A DNA stretch of 64,000 nt from Candidatus Falkowbacteria bacterium (GCA_013336275.1 JAAXUA010000001.1:78167-142166), one strand, 5' to 3'; shown: positions 17,899 through 26,211, numbered from the stretch's first letter. The notes: generated by a model not told the origin, from the sequence alone. Program-made: numbers and translations.

Positions 17899-19023
17899 AT
17901 GTTGTCTTACATCGAAATTTCCCAGAAAAACCTATTGCACAATGCCAAACAGTTCCGCAAATTAGCCCATCCCGACACGAGGGTTGTCGGAGTTATCAAG
18001 GCTAATGCTTATGGGCATGGCCAGAACGAAGTGGCGCAAATTCTCGAACCGGCCGTCGATTATTTCCAGGTCGACGATCTTCTGGAATTGAGGCTCTTGC
18101 GGCGAGTCACCCATCTGCCTATCCTGGTTCTTGGCTATGTGGCCAAAGATGAACTGGAGGCGGCGATCAAGCTTAACGGCACGTTGGCGGTCTATGACCT
18201 GGAGCGCCTTTCGCTGATCGAGAAGATCGGCAAGCGCCGCCGCAAGAAAGTGCCGATTCACGTCAAGATCGACGCCGAGCTCGGACGCCAAGGTTTGGTC
18301 AAAACGGAGTGGCCGGCGTTCATTGCGGCCTTGAAACGCTGCCGCTGGATCAAGCTTGATGCGCTTTATTCCCATTTTGCAAATATCGAAGACACTTCCG
18401 ATTTTAGCCATGCACAGAAACAGATAGACTGCTTCAGCAAGGCAGTCGAGCAGTTCCAGCGCGCCGGCTTCACCGACTTCGCCACCCACCAGTCCGCCTC
18501 TTCCGGCGTGATGGTTTATGAGAAGGGGGAGGGCATCAATAAGATCATCCGCCCAGGACTTTCCATTTACGGCATGTGGCCATCCGAGGAGCTGCGTGAG
18601 CGATTTGAGGGGCAGGAACTGACTTTGCGTCCGGTGATGCGTTGGGTCAGCCACGTGGCGCAGGTCAAGAAGCTGCCCAAGGGCCACTCCATCGGCTATG
18701 GACTGACTTTCGTCACTCCCAGGGCGATGAAGGTCGCCGTCATACCGCAGGGCTACAGCGACGGCTACGATCGCGGCTTGTCGAGTAAGGGCGAGGTGCT
18801 GATCAGCGGCAAGCGCTGCCGTGTTCTGGGACGCGTCGCCATGAATATGTTCGTCGTCGACGTGACGAAGCTGCCCAAAGTCAAAGCCGAAGACGAGGTC
18901 GTGCTCTTGGGAGAGCAGGGCAAAGAGCGCATCACGGCCGAGGAGTTGGCGGAAAAGATCGGCACGATAAATTACGAAATCACGACCCGCATCACTTCCT
19001 TGCTGCCACGGATCATAAAATAA
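17899..19023 (+). CDS. alr: Alanine racemase
   Basis: PLP-lysine motif VIKANAYGHG, the C-terminal Tyr region and a 374-aa length. Confidence 0.9.
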   Translation: MLSYIEISQKNLLHNAKQFRKLAHPDTRVVGVIKANAYGHGQNEVAQILEPAVDYFQVDDLLELRLLRRVTHLPILVLGYVAKDELEAAIKLNGTLAVYDLERLSLIEKIGKRRRKKVPIHVKIDAELGRQGLVKTEWPAFIAALKRCRWIKLDALYSHFANIEDTSDFSHAQKQIDCFSKAVEQFQRAGFTDFATHQSASSGVMVYEKGEGINKIIRPGLSIYGMWPSEELRERFEGQELTLRPVMRWVSHVAQVKKLPKGHSIGYGLTFVTPRAMKVAVIPQGYSDGYDRGLSSKGEVLISGKRCRVLGRVAMNMFVVDVTKLPKVKAEDEVVLLGEQGKERITAEELAEKIGTINYEITTRITSLLPRIIK

Positions 19024-19033
19024 AGATTACCAT

Positions 19034-19954
19034 ATGCTCAAGTACTACTATCGCGAGTCGCTGACCAAGGATTTGGAGACTATCAAAGACTTCCGTCCGG
19101 GAGCCTGGATGGATGCCCGCGCGTTATCAGATGAGGAAATCGAAGGCTTGGCTGAGAAGTTCGACCTTGAGCCTGGACACATCCAGGATGCGCAAGACCC
19201 CTTCGAGGTTCCGCGTTTGGAAATAGAAGAGAACGCAATTTATGTTTTTATGCGCGTTCCGGAAAAGGCAGCCGATGGCATCATCACGGTTCCGTTCATG
19301 GTCGCCTTGGGCGAGCAATTTGTCCTGACGGTCAGCCGCCAGGATCTCAAATTCATGCACCGCTTCCTGTCAGGCAGCCATAAGACTTACACTACCCAGA
19401 AGGTAGAATTTCTGGCCCAGCTCATCTCTGCCATCAACGCGTCGTACAGCCGCCACATCATGGACATTAGCCGCCAGGTTCGCGGCATCCGCGTCCGTCT
19501 GGAAAATATCGAGAACCGCGACATCATCAAATTCGTCGATTATGAGCAGGTGCTGAACGACTTCATTTCAGCCTTGATTCCGCTCTCCGGCATCTTGCGC
19601 GGTCTGCTGCGCAACGACGCCATCAAGCATAACGAAGATAATCATGACCTGTTCGAAGACTTGCTCCTATCGAACGAGCAGCTGATCGAGTCGACCAAAG
19701 CCACCTTAAAAACTATCGTCAATATCCGTGACGCCTATTCGACTATCATGGGGCAGGATTTGAACAGGGTGATCAAGGTCCTGACATCGCTGACTATCAT
19801 AGTCACCGTCCCGACCATGATTTCCAGCTTTTACGGCATGAATGTACAATTGCCTTTCGACAAGTCGCCGTCGGCCTTTTACGGCATCGCGGTCGCGACT
19901 GTCGCAACTGTCGCCACCCTCTGGGTCATTTTCAAAAAGAATCGTTGGCTTTAA
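19034..19954 (+). CDS. corA: CorA-family magnesium/cobalt transporter
   Basis: Two C-terminal TM helices with the YGMN signature (FYGMNVQLPF). Confidence 0.85.
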   Translation: MLKYYYRESLTKDLETIKDFRPGAWMDARALSDEEIEGLAEKFDLEPGHIQDAQDPFEVPRLEIEENAIYVFMRVPEKAADGIITVPFMVALGEQFVLTVSRQDLKFMHRFLSGSHKTYTTQKVEFLAQLISAINASYSRHIMDISRQVRGIRVRLENIENRDIIKFVDYEQVLNDFISALIPLSGILRGLLRNDAIKHNEDNHDLFEDLLLSNEQLIESTKATLKTIVNIRDAYSTIMGQDLNRVIKVLTSLTIIVTVPTMISSFYGMNVQLPFDKSPSAFYGIAVATVATVATLWVIFKKNRWL

Positions 19955-19976
19955 AACTGACCGTCAATATAATAAT

Positions 19977-20005
19977 AAAACCGCCCTTGAGGCGGTTTTA
20001 TTATT
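19977..20005. terminator. Bidirectional hairpin terminator between convergent corA and the HD-domain gene
   Basis: Hairpin aaaaccgcc-cttga-ggcggtttt, with A-runs on the left and T-runs on the right. Confidence 0.7.
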
Positions 20006-20015
20006 ATATTAGAAA

Positions 20016-21230
20016 CTAGCAATTTTCTGAAAACTTCTGGTGGTCAGCCCAGTGCCTGATCATCTGTTTTTCTGCGGCAGTGGGCAATTCTCCTGTTGCG
20101 GCAGCTTCTGCTGATGCGTTTATCCTGTCAGCTTCATCGAGTTCGAATTCAAGCCATAGGGCAGCTAGGTAGGGAATGATTTTTCCTGCCTCAACCTGCG
20201 TCCTGATTTCGTTGAATTTTTTTGCAAAGGTGCTAGGACCGCCGCGGTAGCTGCGTCCTCGGCTCTTCATGGCCTGTTTGATGTCGGCCAGCTTAATGAC
20301 TTGGGCCATAACGGCGAAGCGGTTGCTCAGGACTAGCGATGTGGTCGAAGCAGGATATTGTTTCACGAGCTCACTGATGCCGCTGTGATGACTTTCGGCC
20401 AGTCGAGCTGCGAGCTCGTACTCGGGGTCATTCTTACCGATGGCGCGGATAATGTTTCCGGTACGCTGCTCGTGGGCGGCCATGGTTTCGGCAAAAGATT
20501 TTTCAGGCGGAAAGCCTTTGGCAGACAGTTCCTTGACCTGTTCAGGGGAGAGGATGAGCTTAACAGGCACAAGATCATTATATTTTCTCTTATCATCCTT
20601 GGCTATGCTATCTTCGACGTACCGGAGCATGGACGGCTGTTCAAGGAAGACTTCGGTTGGGATGTCTAGGTTGTGCCGGTCGGCGTAGAGTCCCAGCATG
20701 CGCTGCTGCTCAGGGAAGGGCATGTTCTTAAAGGCGACTTCCCAGCCTTGCTCATCCAGTCTGTTGTCGGTAACGAAGTTGGGAATTTCCAGTTTGCCCA
20801 AGTCGTGCATGACGGCACCCTTGTCGAGGGGGCGCAGATTGTGATTAGGCAATTCTTCAAGAATCAGATCGATCAGACGGCGCCCGTCGGGCAGAGTTAT
20901 GGCATTTATGGCACGCCGCAATTCTTCGTGGGTATGGATCGAATGATCGAAAGACTCGGGATGAAGCAGCTTGAGTAGGGCAAGCGCTTCATAATCTTTT
21001 TCGTCCAGGAATTCGGCGAGATGCTGCTCTTTATCATAAGCGGCCTTGATCTTTTCGACTTCGTATTGAACCAGGACGTTCAGGCGCAGGTTATTGCCCA
21101 AGACTTCGGCCATGTGGTTGTAGTCGCCTGAGCGTACTAGCTGGTCCAGCTCCTCTCGGTCGCTGAAGCTGGCATTGTTGACTCCGGCGCTGTTTTGATT
21201 GAGTGTGTATGGTTCTTCAGGATTGTGCAT
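20016..21230 (-). CDS. HD-domain phosphohydrolase, HD-GYP-like but with an altered GYP loop
   Basis: HSIHTHE...MHDLGK...AAHEQRTG...SHHSGISELVKQYP...LADIKQAMKSRGRSYRG lines up with the H..HDxGK..H..HHE..GYP..ADxxDAxxSxRxY signature. The N-terminal roughly 130 aa is unrecognised. No obvious SD. Confidence 0.6.
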   Translation of the reverse strand: MHNPEEPYTLNQNSAGVNNASFSDREELDQLVRSGDYNHMAEVLGNNLRLNVLVQYEVEKIKAAYDKEQHLAEFLDEKDYEALALLKLLHPESFDHSIHTHEELRRAINAITLPDGRRLIDLILEELPNHNLRPLDKGAVMHDLGKLEIPNFVTDNRLDEQGWEVAFKNMPFPEQQRMLGLYADRHNLDIPTEVFLEQPSMLRYVEDSIAKDDKRKYNDLVPVKLILSPEQVKELSAKGFPPEKSFAETMAAHEQRTGNIIRAIGKNDPEYELAARLAESHHSGISELVKQYPASTTSLVLSNRFAVMAQVIKLADIKQAMKSRGRSYRGGPSTFAKKFNEIRTQVEAGKIIPYLAALWLEFELDEADRINASAEAAATGELPTAAEKQMIRHWADHQKFSENC

Positions 21231-21262
21231 GTGGGTTTATTTAAGCTAATTGTAGCACAGTT

Positions 21263-21301
21263 CGTAAAAGAATAAAGCCCTTGCAAAAGATGCAAGGGCT
21301 T
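21263..21301 (-). terminator. Rho-independent terminator after the 87-aa gene
   Basis: 11-bp stem aagcccttgca/tgcaagggctt (21275-21301), followed on the minus strand by ttattctttt. Confidence 0.6.
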
Positions 21302-21325
21302 AGCCGGGTGCAGCGCTCAGGCTGC

Positions 21326-21589
21326 CTAAGGAAAGAAATCTTGGTGGAGCTGTTCGATGCCAGCAATGGTTTTGGCAGGGTCTGCCAAGTGGACTTCGAT
21401 CTGTTCAAGCAGTTTCTCGATAATTTCCTGGTCTTGCCGCAGGGAAGCGGCAGCGATGATTTTGGAAATATCATGAGAGGGGTCGTGGGGCAGTTGTGTC
21501 CGCAGGTCATAGCCGTCGGTTACCGCTTTGGCGATGCGAGCTTTAAGCTCTTTGGGTAGCTGATTCAAAAAATCGCTTCCAAGATTCAT
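21326..21589 (-). CDS. Hypothetical 87-aa protein
   Basis: GGGAGG lies 8 nt upstream of the ATG, and the gene has its own promoter and terminator. I recognise no motif. Confidence 0.6.
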   Translation of the reverse strand: MNLGSDFLNQLPKELKARIAKAVTDGYDLRTQLPHDPSHDISKIIAAASLRQDQEIIEKLLEQIEVHLADPAKTIAGIEQLHQDFFP

Positions 21590-21670
21590 GTTATTTACCT
21601 CCCGTATCGAAAGTATTGAGTAATGTGCGGTTTTTTTTGTTTAAACTTATTCGGTACAGGAGGATTAATC

Positions 21671-21699
21671 AAGTTAACATGATATGCCATTTTTGTCAA
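21671..21699 (-). promoter_or_regulatory. Putative sigma70 promoter for the 87-aa gene
   Basis: On the minus strand: TTGACA (21699-21694), 17 nt, TAACTT (21676-21671). The -35 lies inside the 12-mer ATTGACAAAAAT. Confidence 0.45.
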
Positions 21700-21755
21700 T
21701 CACTAGATATCATTTTGCTATTATTAGTTAAAATATAGCAAAGTGAAATAATATA

Positions 21756-21784
21756 TTGACAAAAATATGAAAATGTGCTATTTT
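21756..21784 (+). promoter_or_regulatory. Putative sigma70 promoter for the GGDEF gene
   Basis: TTGACA (21756-21761), 17 nt, TATTTT (21779-21784) with an upstream TGc (extended -10). The -35 lies inside ATTGACAAAAAT. The small palindrome TGCAT-tagt-ATGCA sits just downstream. Confidence 0.55.
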
Positions 21785-21867
21785 ATAAGTTATTGCATTA
21801 GTATGCACGTCCATTATCAACTCTAATCTTAGAGAAAAAACACATTCTACATAGAAAGGGAGACGCC

Positions 21868-22542
21868 ATGGAAAGAGAACGCCAAGTTTCGCAAGAAGAT
21901 GAAGTCAAACTCTTAAGACGTAAAGCCTACAAGCTTGAAGGCGAATTGGCCCAAATGGCCCGCTTCCTCGAAGAGGAACAAGAAAGGTTCAGGCAGCTGA
22001 AGCGCGAAAACTTGAGGTTGGCCGAACTCTCCATGTTCAGCCCGATTTGTCCCAACCTCTACAACAAGCGTTTTTTCGATCAGGAAGCACCTAGGCTGCT
22101 TGAGATGGAACGGCGCTTCGGTAACGGCAAGGGCTGTTATTATGGCGTTGTCTATGCCGACCTTAACCACCTCGCGCGGGTCAATGCCGAATACGGCCAT
22201 GATGGCGGTAATCGGGCGATCTGTTCGATCGGTAAAACTCTGATGCAGACCGTGCGTCGCAGCGATTTGGCTATCCACATCCACGGAGATGAGTTCGTCG
22301 TCCTGTTTTTCGCTTCCAGCTGGCGCGAGTGTTACAAGACTTATGCCCGCATTTCGCGCGCGCTCAGAAGAGTGCCCGTCACCTTCCATGACGGGTTGAT
22401 CGATCACGTCAGTGCCATGACCGCCTTAGCGATGCAGAAAATCGACGACGATATCAGCTTGGCTGATGTGTGCCACAAGGCCGATATGCGTATGTTGCGC
22501 AAGAAGGAGGTTCGCGACAAGGGTGAGGAAAAAAAGCCTTAA
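21868..22542 (+). CDS. Coiled-coil + GGDEF-fold nucleotide cyclase with variant active site (HGDEF)
   Basis: The N-terminal 55 aa are heptad-like and charged. YADLNHLARVNAEYGHDGGNRAI...RRSDLAIHIHGDEFVVLF...ADMRMLRKKE aligns with DxDxFKxxNDxxGHxxGD...RxxD-x5-GGDEF...ADxAxYxAK. GGGAG lies upstream. Confidence 0.75.
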   Translation: MERERQVSQEDEVKLLRRKAYKLEGELAQMARFLEEEQERFRQLKRENLRLAELSMFSPICPNLYNKRFFDQEAPRLLEMERRFGNGKGCYYGVVYADLNHLARVNAEYGHDGGNRAICSIGKTLMQTVRRSDLAIHIHGDEFVVLFFASSWRECYKTYARISRALRRVPVTFHDGLIDHVSAMTALAMQKIDDDISLADVCHKADMRMLRKKEVRDKGEEKKP

Positions 22543-22563
22543 ACTATGTAGTTTGGTGAAATC

Positions 22564-22597
22564 GGGGCCCATCTTAAGTGATGGGCCCCTTTAATTT
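22564..22597 (+). terminator. Rho-independent terminator after the GGDEF gene
   Basis: Hairpin ggggcccatc-ttaagt-gatgggcccc followed by tttaattt. Confidence 0.7.
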
Positions 22598-22775
22598 ACC
22601 TAATATTAAGGTGATTTTTTGTTTAGTTGTCAATAAACCCCATTATTTCGGGCTTTGTGCATAAGTTGCCTTGCTTTTTTCATTAATAGCCCTTAAAATA
22701 TATGTAAGTTTTGTTAATTTTTCGAACCCCTTAGGCGCTGATGAAAATAGGTGAGTAAGGAGTTTAATTTTTTTT

Positions 22776-24857
22776 ATGCCAAACATCTTCCAATCCATGT
22801 TCCTGTCTGGCGGACGGGCCAAGGTCTGGCGAATTTTTTCGCTGGTCATTCTGCTCCTGATCGTCGGTCTCCTGATCGTCGGCGGCGGTTATTACAACCG
22901 CGGTGCCGATTGGATCGCTTCCAAAACCGGCCAAGCCGTCAAACTGCCAACTGTCAAAGAAACTCCTTTCCGTCTCGGATTGGACCTTTTGGGCGGCACC
23001 CAGCTGATCTATCAAGCTGACGTCTCGGCAGTTCCGGGCAAGGATCAGCCATCAGCCGTCGAAGGCGTCCGCGACGTCATCGAGCGCCGCGTCAATGTTT
23101 TCGGCGTCGCCGAACCGAACGTCCAGACCAATCTCTCTGCCGGAAAATATTACGTCATGGTGGAACTGGCCGGCATCAAAGACACCGCCCAGGCGATCAA
23201 GATGATCGGCGAGACCCCGCTCCTCGAGTTCAAGGAGCAGAATACGGAAAAGCGCCAATTGACAGCCGAAGAGAAGAAAGGCATGGACGCTTTCAATAAG
23301 TCAGCTAGCAAGAAGGCTGAAGAAGTTTTGGGCAAGGTCCTGTCGAACGGCGATTTCGCCGCTTTGGCCAACCAATACAGCGACGACCCGGCCAATGTCG
23401 ATTCTTCCGGGAACAAGAAGGGCGGAGAGCTTGGCTGGATCAGCGAACAGGATAATCCTGAGCTGTTCAAGCTGGCCCAGAAGGTGCCGGTCGGCAAGAC
23501 CTCGACCGAGCTGTCCAAGACCAGCATCGGTTATCAGCTGATCAAGAACGAGGAGAAGCGCACCAAGACTGACCCGTTCAATAACCAGCCGCAAATGGAG
23601 GTCAAGGCATCGCATTTATTGATCTGCTATAAGGATGTTTCAGGCTGCGAAAGCGGTTTGGATAAGGAAGCGGCCAAGGCCAAGATCGAACAGCTCAAGT
23701 CCAAGGCCAATAAAGATAATTTTGCCCAGTTGGTCAAAGAGAATTCGACCGAACCGGGCGCACGTGACCGGGCTGGCGACTTAGGCTGGTTCGGACGCGG
23801 CAAGATGGTCAAGGTTTTTGAAGATGCCGCTTTCTCCCAGAAGGTCGGAACCATAGAAGGTCCGATCGAATCCGAGTTCGGCTATCATCTTATATATAAG
23901 CAAGCGGAGAGGAAAATCGACGAGTATCGCATCCGCAATATCTTGATCAAGACCCAGAGCGAGTCCGATATCGTCGGAGACCAGAGCGACTGGAAGAATA
24001 CCGAGCTGACCGGCAAGTACATGAAGCGCGCTTCGGTTGAATTCGACCCGAATGATAATTCGCCCACCGTTGCGCTGGAATTCGACCAGCAAGGCGGAGA
24101 ACTGTTCGCCGCTATCACCAAGCGCAATGTCGGCAAACGGGTCGCCATTTTCTTGGACGGCCTCTCGATCAGCGAGCCGACCGTCAATGAAGAGATCACC
24201 GGCGGCAAAGCCGTCATCAGCGGCAAATTCGACATCAAGGAAGCCAAGCTTTTGTCCCAGCGCTTGAACGCCGGCGCGTTGCCGGTGCCGATCACTTTGG
24301 TCAATCAGCAGTCGGTCGGCGCCACCTTGGGTCAGCAGTCGGTTAACGCCAGCTTTCGTGCAGGCTTGATTGGCTTCGCCCTCGTCGCTTTGTTCATGAT
24401 TTTGTTTTATCGTTTTCCAGGCGTGCTGGCTGTCGGCGCCCTGGCTATCTATAGCGTTCTAGTATTGGCCATCTTCAAGCTTTGGCCGGTCACAGTCACC
24501 TTGTCCGGCATTGCCGGCTTCATCATGTCGATCGGTATGGCCGTCGACGCCAATGTTTTGATCTTCGCCCGCTTGAAAGAAGAATTGGCATTCGGCAAGC
24601 CTTTCGGCGCCGCCTTGGAAGAAGCCTTCCGCCGGGCCTGGCCGTCGATCCGCGACTCTAACGCCTCGACCCTAATCACCTGCTTCATCCTGATCCAATT
24701 CTCGACTAGCGTGGTCAAGGGCTTCGCCATTACCCTGGCAATCGGTGTCCTAGTGTCGATGTTCACGGCCATCTTCATCACTCGAAATTTCTTAAAGCTC
24801 ATTCCCGAATCTTGGCTTGAAAAGCGGCCGTGGTTAGTGGGCGTAAATAAGCATTAA
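22776..24857 (+). CDS. secD: Protein translocase subunit SecD with two inserted parvulin-type PPIase domains
   Basis: The SecD N-terminal TM and P1 head (GLDLLGGTQLIY...GETPLLEFKE) and the P1 base plus 6 TM (VAIFLDGLSISEPTV...GALPVPITLV...MAVDANVLIFARLKEE) are present. They are interrupted at aa 156-395 by parvulin-like sequence (FAALANQYSDDP...GGELGWI...IGYQLIK, then KASHLLI...AGDLGWFGRG...EFGYHLIYK). Confidence 0.9.
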   Translation: MPNIFQSMFLSGGRAKVWRIFSLVILLLIVGLLIVGGGYYNRGADWIASKTGQAVKLPTVKETPFRLGLDLLGGTQLIYQADVSAVPGKDQPSAVEGVRDVIERRVNVFGVAEPNVQTNLSAGKYYVMVELAGIKDTAQAIKMIGETPLLEFKEQNTEKRQLTAEEKKGMDAFNKSASKKAEEVLGKVLSNGDFAALANQYSDDPANVDSSGNKKGGELGWISEQDNPELFKLAQKVPVGKTSTELSKTSIGYQLIKNEEKRTKTDPFNNQPQMEVKASHLLICYKDVSGCESGLDKEAAKAKIEQLKSKANKDNFAQLVKENSTEPGARDRAGDLGWFGRGKMVKVFEDAAFSQKVGTIEGPIESEFGYHLIYKQAERKIDEYRIRNILIKTQSESDIVGDQSDWKNTELTGKYMKRASVEFDPNDNSPTVALEFDQQGGELFAAITKRNVGKRVAIFLDGLSISEPTVNEEITGGKAVISGKFDIKEAKLLSQRLNAGALPVPITLVNQQSVGATLGQQSVNASFRAGLIGFALVALFMILFYRFPGVLAVGALAIYSVLVLAIFKLWPVTVTLSGIAGFIMSIGMAVDANVLIFARLKEELAFGKPFGAALEEAFRRAWPSIRDSNASTLITCFILIQFSTSVVKGFAITLAIGVLVSMFTAIFITRNFLKLIPESWLEKRPWLVGVNKH

Positions 24858-24867
24858 TTTCCTACCT

Positions 24868-25800
24868 ATGACCAATTACAACATTATCGGAAAACGCGGC
24901 ATCTGGCTCTGGATTTCGGGCATCCTGTTCGTCGTCTTCGGCCTGGCGCTAATCCTTTGGCGTTTCAAGTTCGGTATCGATTTCACTGGCGGCAGCTTGC
25001 TTGAAGTCAAGTTCGCCAAGGAGCGCCCGGGAGTAAGCGAAGTGCAGACCGCCTTGGCCGACGACAAGTCTGTCGGCAATCTGGGCAGTTTGATCGTCCA
25101 GCCGGTCGGCAATCAGGACATGATCATCCGTTTCCAGGAATCGAGCGAGGAGAAGCATCTCGCGGTCGTAAACAGCCTGACCAAGCTGGCCCAGTCCAAG
25201 ACCAAAGACAACACTGTAGAGGAGCTGCGTTTCGATTCGGTCGGTCCTTCGATCGGCCAGGAACTGAAGCAGAAATCGGTCAATGCCATCTTTTTCGTAC
25301 TCTTAGCGATCCTATTCTATATCAGCTACGCTTTCCGCAAAGTCTCGAAGCCGATTGCTTCCTGGAAATACGGCATGGCCGCTTTGATCGCTCTATTTCA
25401 TGACGCGATTATCACTATGGGCGTCTTCTCGGTTCTGGGGAAGTTCTATGGCATGGAGATAAACACGACCTTCGTTGCCGCCATCCTCACGGTCATCGGC
25501 TATTCGGTCCATGATACCATCGTCGTTTTTGATCGCATCCGTGAAAACCTGCCCAAGAGCCACCTCGATTTCGAGGGTACCGTCAACATGAGCCTCAATC
25601 AGACATTAGTCCGCTCGATCAACACTTCTTTGACCGTATTGCTGACCCTGGTGGCTATCACCGTCTTCGGCGGCGCTTCGATCAGGGCCTTCGCTCTGGC
25701 ACTGACCATCGGCATCGCAATCGGAACCTATTCCTCGATCTTCGTCGCCTCGCCGATGCTGGTCGTTTGGGAGAAGTGGAGACAGAAAAAGGCACATTAA
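24868..25800 (+). CDS. secF: Protein translocase subunit SecF
   Basis: 310 aa containing GIDFTGGSLLEV and the TM bundle IGYSVHDTIVVFDRIRENL. Confidence 0.95.
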   Translation: MTNYNIIGKRGIWLWISGILFVVFGLALILWRFKFGIDFTGGSLLEVKFAKERPGVSEVQTALADDKSVGNLGSLIVQPVGNQDMIIRFQESSEEKHLAVVNSLTKLAQSKTKDNTVEELRFDSVGPSIGQELKQKSVNAIFFVLLAILFYISYAFRKVSKPIASWKYGMAALIALFHDAIITMGVFSVLGKFYGMEINTTFVAAILTVIGYSVHDTIVVFDRIRENLPKSHLDFEGTVNMSLNQTLVRSINTSLTVLLTLVAITVFGGASIRAFALALTIGIAIGTYSSIFVASPMLVVWEKWRQKKAH

Positions 25801-25822
25801 TATAAGGCAAAGGAGGTTTCAG

Positions 25823-26053
25823 GTGAGCCCATTCTTCCAGAAGAAGCACAAGATGCACCCCAGCACCAAGAAGAGCGTGCTGATCAACTCCTTGCAGGGT
25901 CTTGCAAGCCTGCGGCTTGATCGGCAGCACTACACCCACTACACTATTCAGGAGCTCGCTCGAGAGCTCGAACGCGCAAGGGAGTCGCAAATCAACGGAG
26001 TGGAATACGATTTTGTCTACCGGAAGGAAAAACCGCCGAAAAATACGATTTAG
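25823..26053 (+). CDS. Hypothetical small basic protein (76 aa, GTG start)
   Basis: AAAGGAGG lies 6-8 nt upstream of GTG 25823. The stop is embedded in a strong terminator hairpin, so it appears to be the last cistron of the secDF transcript. Confidence 0.45.
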   Translation: MSPFFQKKHKMHPSTKKSVLINSLQGLASLRLDRQHYTHYTIQELARELERARESQINGVEYDFVYRKEKPPKNTI

Positions 26054-26081
26054 AGGGAGATTTTCTCCCTCTATTTTTTTT
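26051..26081 (+). terminator. Rho-independent terminator of the secDF unit
   Basis: Hairpin tagagggag-atttt-ctccctcta followed by T8. Confidence 0.8.
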
Positions 26082-26211
26082 GACAACAAGGCCCTGAATA
26101 AGCTAAGATATATCCATCAAACAAGCTTGAACAAGCCTTTATTTTGGTCATGGAACATGAATTCCTGACCATGCAAAAAGCCGCTGGCTTTTTTATAATT
26201 TGGTCAAATAC

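Noticed and set aside
22643-22849. 68-aa minus-strand ORF spanning the secD promoter and start region.
   Set aside because: It overlaps the secD start, runs through an AT-rich intergenic region and has no SD. It is a composition-driven open frame.
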